From Eledone cirrhosa (taxonomy: Eukaryota), in assembly GCA_964016885.1 (NCBI GenBank), contig OZ024743.1, positions 318,184,001-318,248,000 of the forward strand: 64,000 bases of DNA, in the 5' to 3' direction. Within the stretch, counting starts at the first letter, position 1, and each line of letters starts with the position of its first letter. Below the pieces are notes generated by a model. That model had not been told where the DNA came from, searched no databases, and saw only the letters and a program-made list of their open reading frames with translations. Shown here piece by piece: positions 15,001-30,000 of this stretch. A program made the position numbers and the translations under genes.

Positions 15001-18000
15001 CAATAGCACCAATACTAATCTATATGATGTTGTATGTCAGGTACTATAGACAATATCACCAATGCTGATCTATATGATGTTGTATGTCAGGGACTATAGA
15101 CAATAGCACCAATACTAATCTATATGATGTTGTATGTCAGGGACTATAGACAATAGCACCAATGCTAATCTATATGATACTGTATGTTAGGGACTATAGA
15201 CAATAGCACCAATGCTAATCTATATGATACTGTATGTCAGGGACTATAGACAATAGCACCAATGCCTATCTATATGATGTTGTATGTCAGGGACTATAGA
15301 CAATAGCACCAATGCCTATCTATATGATACTGTATGTCAGGGACTATAGACAATAGCACCAATGCTAATCTATATGATACTGTATGTCAGGGACTATAGA
15401 CAATAGCACCAATGCTAATCTATATGATACTGTATGTCAGGGACTATAGACAATAGCACCAATGCTAATCTATATGATGTTGTATGTCAGGGACTATAGA
15501 CAATAGCACCAATGCCTATCTATATGATGTTGTATGTCAGGGACTATAGACAATAGCACCAATGCTAATCTATATGATGTTATATGTCAGGGACTATAGA
15601 CAATAGCACCAATGCTAATCTATATGATACTGTATGTCAGGGACTATAGACAATAGCACCAATGCTAATCTATATGATACTGTATGTCAGGGACTATAGA
15701 CAATAGCACTAATGCTAATCTATATGTTGTTATATGTCAGGGACTATAGACAATAGCACCAATGCTAATCTATATGATACTGTATGTCAGGGACTATAGA
15801 CAATAGCACCAATGCTAATCTATATGATGTTGTATGTCAGGAACTATAGACAATAGCACCAATGCTAATCTATATGATACTGTATGTCAGCGACTATAGA
15901 CAATAGCACCAATGCTAATCTATATGATGCTGTATGTCAGGGACTATAGACAATCGCACAAATGCTAATCTATATGATACTGTATGTCAGGGACTATAGA
16001 CAATAGCACCAATGCGAATCTATATATTGTATGCCAGGGACTATAGACTATAGCACCAATGCTCGTCTATATGATGTTGTATGTCAGGGACTATAGACAA
16101 TAGCACCAATGCTAATCTATATGATACTGTATGTCAGGGACTATAGACAATAGCACCAATGCTAATCTATATGATGTTGTATGTCAGGGACTATAGACAA
16201 CACCACCAATGCTATTCTATATGATGCTGTATGTCAGGGACTATAGACGATAGCACCAATGCTAATCTATATGATGTTGTATGTCATGGACTATAGACAA
16301 TACCACCAATGCCTATCTATATGATACTGTATGCCAGGGACTATAGACAATAGCACCAATGCTAATCTACATGATACTGTATGTCAGGGACTATAGCCAA
16401 TAGCACCAATGCTACTCTTTATGATGCTGTATATCAGGGACTATAGACAATAGCAGCAATGCTAATCTATATGATACTGTATGTCAGGGACTATAGACAC
16501 CAGCACCAATGCTAATCTATATGATGTTGTATGTCAGGGACTATAGATAATAGCACCAATGCTAATCTATATGATACTGTATGTCAGGGACTATAGACAA
16601 TAGCACCAATGCTAATCCATATGATGTTGTATGTCAGGAACTATAGACAATAGCACCAATGCTAATCTATATGATACTGTATGTTAGGGACTATAGACAA
16701 TAGCACCAATGCTAATCTACATGATACTGTATGTCAGGGACTATAGACAATAGCACCAATGCTAATCTATATGATGTTGTATGTCAGAGACTATAGACAA
16801 TAGCACCAATGCTAATCTATATGATGTTGTATGTCAGAGACTATAGACAATAGCAACAATGCTAATCTATATGATGTTGTATGTCAGGGACTATAGATAA
16901 TAGCACCAATGCTAATCTAAATGATGTTGTATGTCAGAGACTATAGACAATAGCACCAATGCTAATCTATATGATGTTGTATGTCAGGGACTATAGATAA
17001 TAGCACCAATGCTAATCTATATGATGTTGTATGTTAGGGACTATAGACAATAGCACCAATGCCTATCTATATGATACTGTATGTCAGGGACTATAGGCAA
17101 TAGCACCAATGCTAATCTATATGATATTGTATGTCAGGGACTATAGACAATAGCACTAATGCTAATCTATATGATACTGTATGTCAGGGACTGTAGACAA
17201 TAGCACCAATGCTAATCTATATGATATTGTATGTCAGGGACTATAGACAATAGCACTAATGCTAATCTATATGATACTGTATGTCAGGGACTATAGACAA
17301 TAGCACCAATGCTAATCTATATGATATTGTATGTCAGGGACTATAGACAATAGCACTAATGCTAATCTATATGATACTGTATGTCAGGAACTATAGACAA
17401 TAGCACCAATGCCAATCTATATGATGCTGTATGTCAGGTACTATAGACAATATCACCAATGCTGATCTATATGATGTTGTATGTCAGGGACTATAGACAA
17501 TAGCACCAATGCTAATCTATATGATGTTGTATGTCAGGGACTATAGACAATAGCACCAATGCTAATCTATATGATACTGTATGTTAGGGACTATAGACAA
17601 TAGCACCAATGCTAATCTATATGATACTGTATGTCAGGGACTATAGACAATAGCACCAATGCCTATCTATATGATGTTGTATGTCAGGGACTATAGACAA
17701 TAGCACCAATGCCTATCTATATGATACTGTATGTCAGGGACTATAGACAATAGCACCAATGCTGATCTATATGATACTGTATGTCAGTGACTATAGACAA
17801 TAGCACCAATGCTAATCTATATGATGTTGTATGTCAGGAACTATAGACAATAGCACCAATGCTAATCTATATGATACTGTATGTCAGGGACTATAGACAA
17901 TAGCACCAATGCTAATCTATATGACGTTGTATGTCAGAGACTATAGACAATAGCACCAATGCTAATCTATATGATGCAGTATGTCAGGGACTATAGACAA

Positions 18001-21000
18001 TAGCACCAATGCTAATCTATATGATGTTATATATCAGGGACTATAGACAATAGCACCAATGCTAAGCTATATGATACTGTATGTCAGGGACTATAGTCAA
18101 TAGCACAAATGCTAATCTATATGATACTGTATGTCAGGGACTATAGACAATAGCACCAATTCTAATCCATATGATGTTGTATGTCAGGAACTATAGACAA
18201 TAGCACCAATGCTAATCTATATGATACTGTATGTTAGGGACTATAGACAATAGCACCAATGCCTATCTATATGATACTGTATGTCAGGGACTATAGACAA
18301 TAGCACCAATGCTAATCTATATGATACTGTATGTCAGGGACTATAGACAATAGCACTAATGCTAATCTATATGATACTGTATGTCAGGGACTGTAGACAA
18401 TAGCACCAATGCTAATCTATATGATGTTGTATGTCAGGAACTATAGACAATAGCACCAATGCTAATCTATATGATGCTGTATGTCAGGTACTATAGACAA
18501 TATCACCAATGCTGATCTATATGATGTTGTATGTCAGGGACTATAGACAATAGCACCAATACTAATCTATATGATGTTGTATGTCAGGGACTATAGACAA
18601 TAGCACCAATGCTAATCTATATGATACTGTATGTCAGGGACTATAGACAATAGCACCAATGCTAATCTATATGATACTGTATGTTAGGGACTATAGACAA
18701 TAGCACCAATGCTAATCTATATGATACTGTATGTCAGGGACTATAGACAATAGCACCAATGCCTATCTATATGATGTTGTATGTCAGGGACTATAGACAA
18801 TAGCACCAATGCCTATCTATATGATACTGTATGTCAGGGACTATAGACAATAGCACCAATGCTAATCTATATGATACTGTATGTCAGGGACTATAGACAA
18901 TAGCACCAATGCTAATCTATATGATGTTGTATGTCAGGGACTATAGACAATAGCACCAATGCCTATCTATATGATGTTGTATGTCAGGAACTATAGACAA
19001 TAGCACCAATGCTAATCTATATGATGCTGTATGTCAGGTACTATAGACAATATCACCAATGCTAATCTATATGATACTGTATGTCAGGGACTATAGACAA
19101 TAGCACCAATGCTAATCTATATGATACTGTATGTCAGGGACTATAGACAATAGCACCAATGCTAATCTATATGATGTTGTATGTCAGGAACTATAGACAA
19201 TAGCACCAATGCTAATCTATATGATACTGTATGTCAGGGACTATAGACAATAGCACCAATGCTAATCTATATGATGTTGTATGTCAGGGACTATAGACAA
19301 TAGCACCAATGCTAATCTATATGATGTTGTATGTCAGGGACTATAGACAATAGCACCAATGCTAATCTATATGATGTTATATGTCAGGGACTATAGACAA
19401 TAGCACCAATGCTAATCTATATGATACTGTATGTCAGGGACTATAGACAATAGCACCAATGCTAATCTATATGATACTGTATGTCAGGGACTATAGACAA
19501 TAGCACTAATGCTAATCTATATGTTGTTATATGTCAGGGACTATAGACAATAGCACCAATGCTAATCTATATGATACTGTATGTCAGGGACTATAGACAA
19601 TAGCACCAATGCTAATCTATATGATGTTGTATGTCAGGAACTATAGACAATAGCACCAATGCTAATCTATATGATATTGTATGTCAGCGACTATAGACAA
19701 TAGTACCAATGCTAATCTATATGATACTGTATGTCAGGGACTATAGACAATAGCACCAATGCGAATCTATATATTGTATGCCAGGGACTATAGACTATAG
19801 CACCAATGCTAGTCTATATGATGTTGTATGTCAGGGACTATAGACAATAGCACCAATGCTAATCTATATGATACTGTATGTCAGGGACTATAGACAACAC
19901 CACCAATGCTAATCTATATGATGTTGTATGTCAGGGACTATAGACAACACCACCAATGCTATTCTATATGATGCTGTATGTCAGGGACTATAGACGATAG
20001 CACCAATGCTAATCTATATCATACTGTATGTCAGGGACTATAGACAATAGCACCAATGCCTATCTATATGATGTTGTATGTCAGGGACTATAGACAATAG
20101 CACCAATGCTAATCTATATGATACTGTATGTCAGGGACTATAGACAATAGCACTAATGCTAATCTATATGATACTGTATGTCAGGGACTGTAGACAATAG
20201 CACCAATGCTAATCTATATGATGTTGTATGTCAGGAACTATAGACAATAGCACCAATGCTAATCTATATGATGCTGTATGTCAGGTACTATAGACAATAT
20301 CACCAATGCTGATCTATATGATGTTGTATGTCAGGGACTATAGACAATAGCACCAATACTAATCTATATGATGTTGTATGTCAGGGACTATAGACAATAG
20401 CACCAATGCTAATCTATATGATACTGTATGTCAGGGACTATAGACAATAGCACCAATGCTAATCTATATGATACTGTATGTTAGGGACTATAGACAATAG
20501 CACCAATGCTAATCTATATGATACTGTATGTCAGGGACTATAGACAATAGCACCAATGCCTATCTATATGATGTTGTATGTCAGGGACTATAGACAATAG
20601 CACCAATGCCTATCTATATGATACTGTATGTCAGGGACTATAGACAATAGCACCAATGCTAATCTATATGATACTGTATGTCAGGGACTATAGACAATAG
20701 CACCAATGCTAATCTATATGATGTTGTATGTCAGGGACTATAGACAATAGCACCAATGCCTATCTATATGATGTTGTATGTCAGGAACTATAGACAATAG
20801 CACCAATGCTAATCTATATGATGCTGTATGTCAGGTACTATAGACAATATCACCAATGCTAATCTATATGATACTGTATGTCAGGGACTATAGACAATAG
20901 CACCAATGCTAATCTATATGATACTGTATGTCAGGGACTATAGACAATAGCACCAATGCTAATCTATATGATGTTGTATGTCAGGAACTATAGACAATAG

Positions 21001-24000
21001 CACCAATGCTAATCTATATGATACTGTATGTCAGGGACTATAGACAATAGCACCAATGCTAATCTATATGATGTTGTATGTCAGGGACTATAGACAATAG
21101 CACCAATGCTAATCTATATGATGTTGTATGTCAGGGACTATAGACAATAGCACCAATGCTAATCTATATGATGTTATATGTCAGGGACTATAGACAATAG
21201 CACCAATGCTAATCTATATGATACTGTATGTCAGGGACTATAGACAATAGCACCAATGCTAATCTATATGATACTGTATGTCAGGGACTATAGACAATAG
21301 CACTAATGCTAATCTATATGTTGTTATATGTCAGGGACTATAGACAATAGCACCAATGCTAATCTATATGATACTGTATGTCAGGGACTATAGACAATAG
21401 CACCAATGCTAATCTATATGATGTTGTATGTCAGGAACTATAGACAATAGCACCAATGCTAATCTATATGATATTGTATGTCAGCGACTATAGACAATAG
21501 CACCAATGCTAATCTATATGATACTGTATGTCAGGGACTATAGACAATAGCACCAATGCGAATCTATATATTGTATGCCAGGGACTATAGACTATAGCAC
21601 CAATGCTAGTCTATATGATGTTGTATGTCAGGGACTATAGACAATAGCACCAATGCTAATCTATATGATACTGTATGTCAGGGACTATAGACAACACCAC
21701 CAATGCTAATCTATATGATGTTGTATGTCAGGGACTATAGACAACACCACCAATGCTATTCTATATGATGCTGTATGTCAGGGACTATAGACGATAGCAC
21801 CAATGCTAATCTATATGATACTGTATGTCAGGGACTATAGACAATAGCACCAATGCCTATCTATATGATGTTGTATGTCAGGGACTATAGACAATAGCAC
21901 CAATGCCTATCTATATGATACTGTATGCCAGGGACTATAGACAATAGCACCAATGCTAATCTACATGATACTGTATGTCAGGGACTATAGCCAATAGCAC
22001 CAATGCTACTCTTTATGATGCTGTATGTCAGGGACTATAGACAATAGCACCAATGCTAATCTATATGATACTGTATGTCAGGGACTATAGACAATAGCAC
22101 CAATGCTAATCCATATGATGTTGTATGTCAGGAACTATAGACAATAGCACTAATGCTAATCTATATGATGTTGTATGTCAGGGACTATAGATAATAGCAC
22201 CAATGCTAATCTATATGATACTGTATGTCAGGGACTATAGACAATAGCACCAATGCTAATCCATATGATGTTGTATGTCAGGAACTATAGACAATAGCAC
22301 CAATGCTAATCTATATGATACTGTATGTCAGAGACTATAGACAATAGCACCAATGCTAATCTATATGATGTTGTATGTCAGAGACTATAGACAATAGCAC
22401 CAATGCTAATCTATATGATGTTGTATGTCAGGGACTATAGATAATAGCACCAATGCTAATCTATATGATGTTGTATGTCAGAGACTATAGACAATAGCAC
22501 CAATGCTAATCTATATGATGTTGTATGTCAGGGACTATAGATAATAGCACCAATGCTAATCTATATGATGTTGTATGTTAGGGACTATAGACAATAGCAC
22601 CAATGCCTATCTATATGATACTGTATGTCAGGGACTATAGACAATAGCACCAATGCTAATCTATATGATATTGTATGTCAGGGACTATAGACAATAGCAC
22701 TAATGCTAATCTATATGATACTGTATGTCAGGGACTGTAGACAATAGCACCAATGCTAATCTATATGATATTGTATGTCAGGGACTATAGACAATAGCAC
22801 TAATGCTAATCTATATGATACTGTATGTCAGGGACTATAGACAATAGCACCAATGCTAATCTATATGATATTGTATGTCAGGGACTATAGACAATAGCAC
22901 TAATGCTAATCTATATGATACTGTATGTCAGGAACTATAGACAATAGCACCAATGCTAATCTATATGATGCTGTATGTCAGGTACTATAGACAATATCAC
23001 CAATGCTGATCTATATGATGTTGTATGTCAGGGACTATAGACAATAGCACCAATGCTAATCTATATGATGTTGTATGTCAGGGACTATAGACAATAGCAC
23101 CAATGCTAATCTATATGATACTGTATGTTAGGGACTGTAGACAATAGCACCAATGCTAATCTATATGATACTGTATGTCAGGGACTATAGACAATAGCAC
23201 CAATGCCTATCTATATGATGTTGTATGTCAGGGACTATAGACAATAGCACCAATGCCTATCTATATGATACTGTATGTCAGGGACTATAGACAATAGCAC
23301 CAATGCTGATCTATATGATACTGTATGTCAGGGACTATAGACAATAGCACCAATGCCTATCTATATGATGTTGTATGTCAGGGACTATAGACAATAGCAC
23401 CAATGCTAATCTATATGATACTGTATGTAAGGGACTATAGACAATAGCACCAATGCTAATCTATATGATGTTGTATGTCAGGAACTATAGACAATAGCAC
23501 CAATGCTAATCTATATGATACTGTATGTCAGGGACTATAGACAATAGCACCAATGCTAATCTATATGATGTTGTATGTCAGGGACTATAGACAATAGCAC
23601 CAATGCTAATCTATATGATACTGTATGTCAGGGACTATAGACAATAGCACCAATGCCTATCTATATGATGTTGTATGTCAGGGACTATAGACAATAGCAC
23701 CAATGCCTATCTATATGATACTGTATGTCAGGGACTATAGACAATAGCACCAATGCTAATCTATATGATACTGTATGTCAGGGACTATAGACAATAGCAC
23801 CAATGCTAATCTATATGATACTGTATGTCAGGGACTATAGACAATAGCACCAATGCTAATCTATATGATGTTGTATGTCAGGAACTATAGACAATAGCAC
23901 CAATGCTAATCTATATGATACTGTATGTCAGGGACTATAGACAATAGCACCAATGCTAATCTATATGATGTTGTATGTCAGGGACTATAGACAATAGCAC

Positions 24001-27000
24001 CAATGCTAATCTATATGATGTTGTATGTCAGGGACTATAGACAATAGCACCAATGCTAATCTATATGATGTTATATGTCAGGGACTATAGACAATAGCAC
24101 CAATGCTAATCTATATGATACTGTATGTCAGGGACTATAGACAATAGCACCGATGCTAATCCATATGATGTTGTATGTCAGGAACTATAGACAATAGCAC
24201 CAATGCCTATCTATATGATACTGTATGTCAGGGACTATAGACAATAGCACCAATGCTAATCCATATGATGTTGTATGTCAGGAACTATAGACAATAGCAC
24301 CAATGCCTATCTATATGATACTGTATGTCAGGGACTATAGACAATAGCACCAATGCTAGTCTATATGATGTTGTATGTCAGGGACTATAGACAATAGCAC
24401 CAATGCTAGTCTATATGATGTTGTATGTCAGGGACTATAGACAATAGCACCAATGCCTATCTATATGATACTGTATGTCAGGGACTATAGACAATAGCAC
24501 CAATGCTAATCCATATGATGTTGTATGTCAGGGACTATAGACAATAGCACCAATGCTAGTCTATATGATACTGTATGTCAGGGACTATAGACAATAGCAC
24601 CAATGCCTATCTATATGATACTGTATGTCAGGGACTATAGACAATAGCACCAATGCTAATCCATATGATGTTGTATGTCAGGGACTATAGACAATAGCAC
24701 CAATGCCTATCTATATGATACTGTATGTCAGGGACTATAGACAATAGCACCAATGCCTATCTATATGATACTGTATGTCAGGGACTATAGACAATAGCAC
24801 CAATGCTAATCTATATGATGTTGTATGTCAGGGACTATAGACAATAGCACCAATGCCTATCTATATGATACTGTATGCCAGGGACTATAGACGATAGCAC
24901 CAATGCTAATCTATATGATACTGTATGTCAGGGACTATAGACAATAGCACCAATGCTAATCTATATGATGTTGTATGTCAGGAACTATAGACAATATCAC
25001 CAATGCTAATCTATATGATACTGTATGTCAGGGACTATAGACAATAGCACCAATGCTAATCTATATGATGTTGTATGTCAGGAACTATAGACAATATCAC
25101 CAATGCTAATCTATATGATGCTGTATGTCAGGGACTATAGACAATAGCACCAATGCTAATCTATATGATACTGTATGTCAGGGACTATAGACAATAGCAC
25201 CAATGCTAATCTATATGATGTTGTATGTCAGGGACTATAGACAATAGCACCAATGCTAATCTATATGATGCTGTATGTCAGGGACTATAGACAATAGCAC
25301 CAATGCTAATCTATATGATACTGTATGTCAGGGACTATAGACAATAGCACCAATGCTAATCTATATGATACTGTATGTCAGGAACTATAGACAATAGCAC
25401 CAATGCTAATCTATATGATGTTGTATGTCAGGAACTATAGACAATAGCACCAATGCTAATCTATATGATACTGTATGTCAGCGACTATAGACAATAGCAC
25501 CAATGCTAATCTATATGATGCTGTATGTCAGGGACTATAGACAATCGCACAAATGCTAATCTATATGATACTGTATGTCAGGGACTATAGACAATAGCAC
25601 CAATGCTAATCTATATGATGCTGTATGTCAGGGACTATAGACAATAGCACCAATGCTAATCTATATGATGCTGTATGTCAGGGACTATAGACAATCGCAC
25701 AAATGCTAATCTATATGATACTGTATGTCAGGGACTATAGACAATAGCACCAATGCTAATCTATATGATGCTGTATGTCAGGGACTATAGACAATAGCAC
25801 CAATGCGAATCTATATATTGTATGCCAGGGACTATAGACTATAGCACCAATGCTAGTCTATATGATGTTGTATGTCAGGGACTATAGACAACACCACCAA
25901 TGCTAATCTATATGATGTTGTATGTCAGGGACTATAGACAACACCACCAATGCTAATCTATATGATACTGTATGTCAGGGACTATAGACGATAGCACCAA
26001 TGCTAATCTATATGATACTGTATGTCAGGGACTATAGACAATAGCACCAATGCCTATCTATATGATGTTGTATGTCAGGGACTATAGACAATAGCACCAA
26101 TGCCTATCTATATGATACTGTATGTCAGGGACTATAGACAATAGCACCAATGCTAATCTATATGATACTGTATGTCAGGGACTATAGACAATAGCACCAA
26201 TGCTAATCTACATGATACTGTATGTCAGGGACTATAGCCAATAGCACCAATGCTACTCTTTATGATGCTGTATGTCAGGGACTATAGACGATAGCACCAA
26301 TGCTAATCTATATGATACTGTATGTCAGGGACTATAGACAATAGCACCAATGCTAATCTATATGATACTGTATGTCAGGGACTATAGACAATAGCACCAA
26401 TGCTAATCTATATGATGTTGTATGTCAGGTACTATAGACAACACCACCAATGCTAATCTATATGATGTTGTATGTCAGAGACTATAGACAATAGCACCAA
26501 TGCTAATCTATATGATGCAGTATGTCAGGGACTATAGACAATAGCACCAATGCTAATCTATATGATACTGTATGTCAGAGACTATAGACAATAGCACCAA
26601 TGCTAATCTATATGATGCAGTATGTCAGGGACTATAGACAATAGCACCAATGCTAATCTATATGATGTTATATATCAGGGACTATAGACAATAGCACCAA
26701 TGCTAAGCTATATGATACTGTATGTCAGGGACTATAGACAATAGCACCAATGCTAATCTATATGATGCTGTATGTCAGGGACTATAGACAATAGCACAAA
26801 TGCTAATCTATATGATACTGTATGTCAGGGACTATAGACAATAGCACCAATTCTAATCCATATGATGTTGTATGTCAGGAACTATAGACAATAGCACCAA
26901 TGCTAATCTATATGATACTGTATGTTAGGGACTATAGACAATAGCACCAATGCCTATCTATATGATACTGTATGTCAGGGACTATAGACAATATCACCAA

Positions 27001-30000
27001 TGCTAATCTATATGATGCTGTATGTCAGGTACTATAGACAATATCACCAATGCTGATCTATATGATGTTGTATGTCAGGGTCTATAGACAATAGCACCAA
27101 TGCTAATCTATATGATGTTGTATGTCAGGGACTATAGACAATAGCACCAATGCTAATCTATATGATACTGTATGTTAGGGACTATAGACAATAGCACCAA
27201 TGCTAATCTATATGATACTGTATGTCAGGGACTATAGACAATAGCACCAATGCCTATCTATATGATGTTGTATGTCAGGGACTATAGACAATAGCACCAA
27301 TGCCTATCTATATGATACTGTATGTCAGGGACTATAGACAATAGCACCAATTCTAATCTATACGATACTGTATGTCAGGGACTATAGACAATAGCACCAA
27401 TGCTAATCTATATGATGTTGTATGTCAGGAACTATAGACAATAGCACCAATGCTAATCTATATGATACTGTATGTCAGGGACTATAGACAATAGCACCAA
27501 TGCTAATCTATATGATGTTGTATGTCAGGGACTATAGACAATAGCACCAATGCTAATCTATATGATACTGTATGTCAGGGACTATAGACAATAGCACCAA
27601 TGCTAATCTATATGATGTTGTATGTCAGGGACTATAGACAATAGCACCAATGCTAATCTATATGATGTTGTATGTCAGGGACTATAGACAATAGCACCAA
27701 TGCTAATCTATATGATGTTGTATGTCAGGAGCTATAGACAATAGCACCAATGCCTATCTATATGATACTGTATGTCAGGGACTATAGACAATAGCACCAA
27801 TGCCTATCTATATGATGTTGTATGTCAGGGACTATAGACAATAGCACCAATGCTAATCTATATGATGTTGTATGTCAGGAGCTATAGACAATAGCACCAA
27901 TGCCTATCTATATGATACTGTATGTCAGGGACTATAGACAATAGCACCAATGCTAATCTATATGATACTGTATGTCAGGGACTATAGACAATAGCACTAA
28001 TGCTAATCTATATGATACTGTATGTCAGGGACTGTAGACAATAGCACCAATGCTAATCTATATGATGTTGTATGTCAGGAACTATAGACAATAGCACCAA
28101 TGCTAATCTATATGATGCTGTATGTCAGGTACTATAGACAATATCACCAATGCTGATCTATATGATGTTGTATGTCAGGGACTATAGACAATAGAACCAA
28201 TGCTAATCTATATGATACTGTATGTTAGGGACTATAGACAATAGCACCAATGCTAATCTATATGATACTGTATGTCAGGGACTATAGACAATAGCACCAA
28301 TGCCTATCTATATGATGTTGTATGTCAGGGACTATAGACAATAGCACCAATGCCTATCTATATGATACTGTATGTCAGGGACTATAGACAATAGCACCAA
28401 TGCTAATCTATATGATACTGTATGTCAGGGACTATAGACAATAGCACCAATGCTAATCTATATGATGTTGTATGTCAGGGACTATAGACAATAGCACCAA
28501 TGCTAATCTATATGATACTGTATGTCAGGGACTATAGACAATAGCACCAATGCTAATCTATATGATGTTGTATGTCAGGGACTATAGACAATAGCACCAA
28601 TGCTAATCTATATGATGTTGTATGTCAGGGACTATAGACAATAGCACCAATGCTAATCTATATGATGTTGTATGTCAGGGACTATAGACAATAGCACCAA
28701 TGCTAATCTATATGATACTGTATGTCAGGGACTATAGACAATAGCACCAATGCTAATCTATATGATACTGTATGTCAGGGACTATAGACAATAGCACCAA
28801 TGCTAATCTATATGATGTTGTATGTCAGGGACTGTAGACAATAGCACCAATGCTAATCTATATGATGTTGTATGTCAGGGACTATAGACAATAGCACCAA
28901 TGCTAATCTATATGATGTTATATGTCAGGGACTATAGACAATAGCACCAATGCTAATCTATATGATACTGTATGTCAGGGACTATAGACAATAGCACCAA
29001 TGCTAATCCATATGATGTTGTATGTCAGGAACTATAGACAATAGCACCAATGCTAATCTATATGATGCTGTATGTCAGGTACTATAGACAATAGCACCAA
29101 TGCTGATCTATATGATGTTGTATGTCAGGGACTATAGACAATAGAACCAATGCTAATCTATATGATACTGTATGTTAGGGACTATAGACAATAGCACCAA
29201 TGCTAATCTATATGATACTGTATGTCAGGGACTATAGACAATAGCACCAATGCCTATCTATATGATGTTGTATGTCAGGGACTATAGACAATAGCACCAA
29301 TGCCTATCTATATGATACTGTATGTCAGGGACTATAGACAATAGCACCAATGCTAATCTATATGATACTGTATGTCAGGGACTATAGACAATAGCACCAA
29401 TGCTAATCTATATGATGTTGTATGTCAGGGACTATAGACAATAGCACCAATGCTAATCTATATGATACTGTATGTCAGGGACTATAGACAATAGCACCAA
29501 TGCTAATCTATATGATGTTGTATGTCAGGGACTATAGACAATAGCACCAATGCTAATCTATATGATACTGTATGTCAGGGACTATAGACAATAGCACCAA
29601 TGCTAATCCATATGATACTGTATGTCAGGGACTATAGACAATAGCACCAATGCTAATCTATATGATGTTGTATGTCAGGGACTGTAGACAATAGCACCAA
29701 TGCTAATCTATATGATGTTGTATGTCAGGGACTATAGACAATAGCACCAATGCTAATCTATATGATGTTATATGTCAGGGACTATAGACAATAGCACCAA
29801 TGCTAATCTATATGATACTGTATGTCAGTGACTATAGACAATAGCACCAATGCTAATCCATATGATGTTGTATGTCAGGAACTATAGACAATAGCACCAA
29901 TGCTAATCTATATGATACTGTATGTCAGGGACTATAGACAATAGCACCAATGCTAATCTATATGATACTGTATGTCAGGGACTATAGACAATAGCACTAA

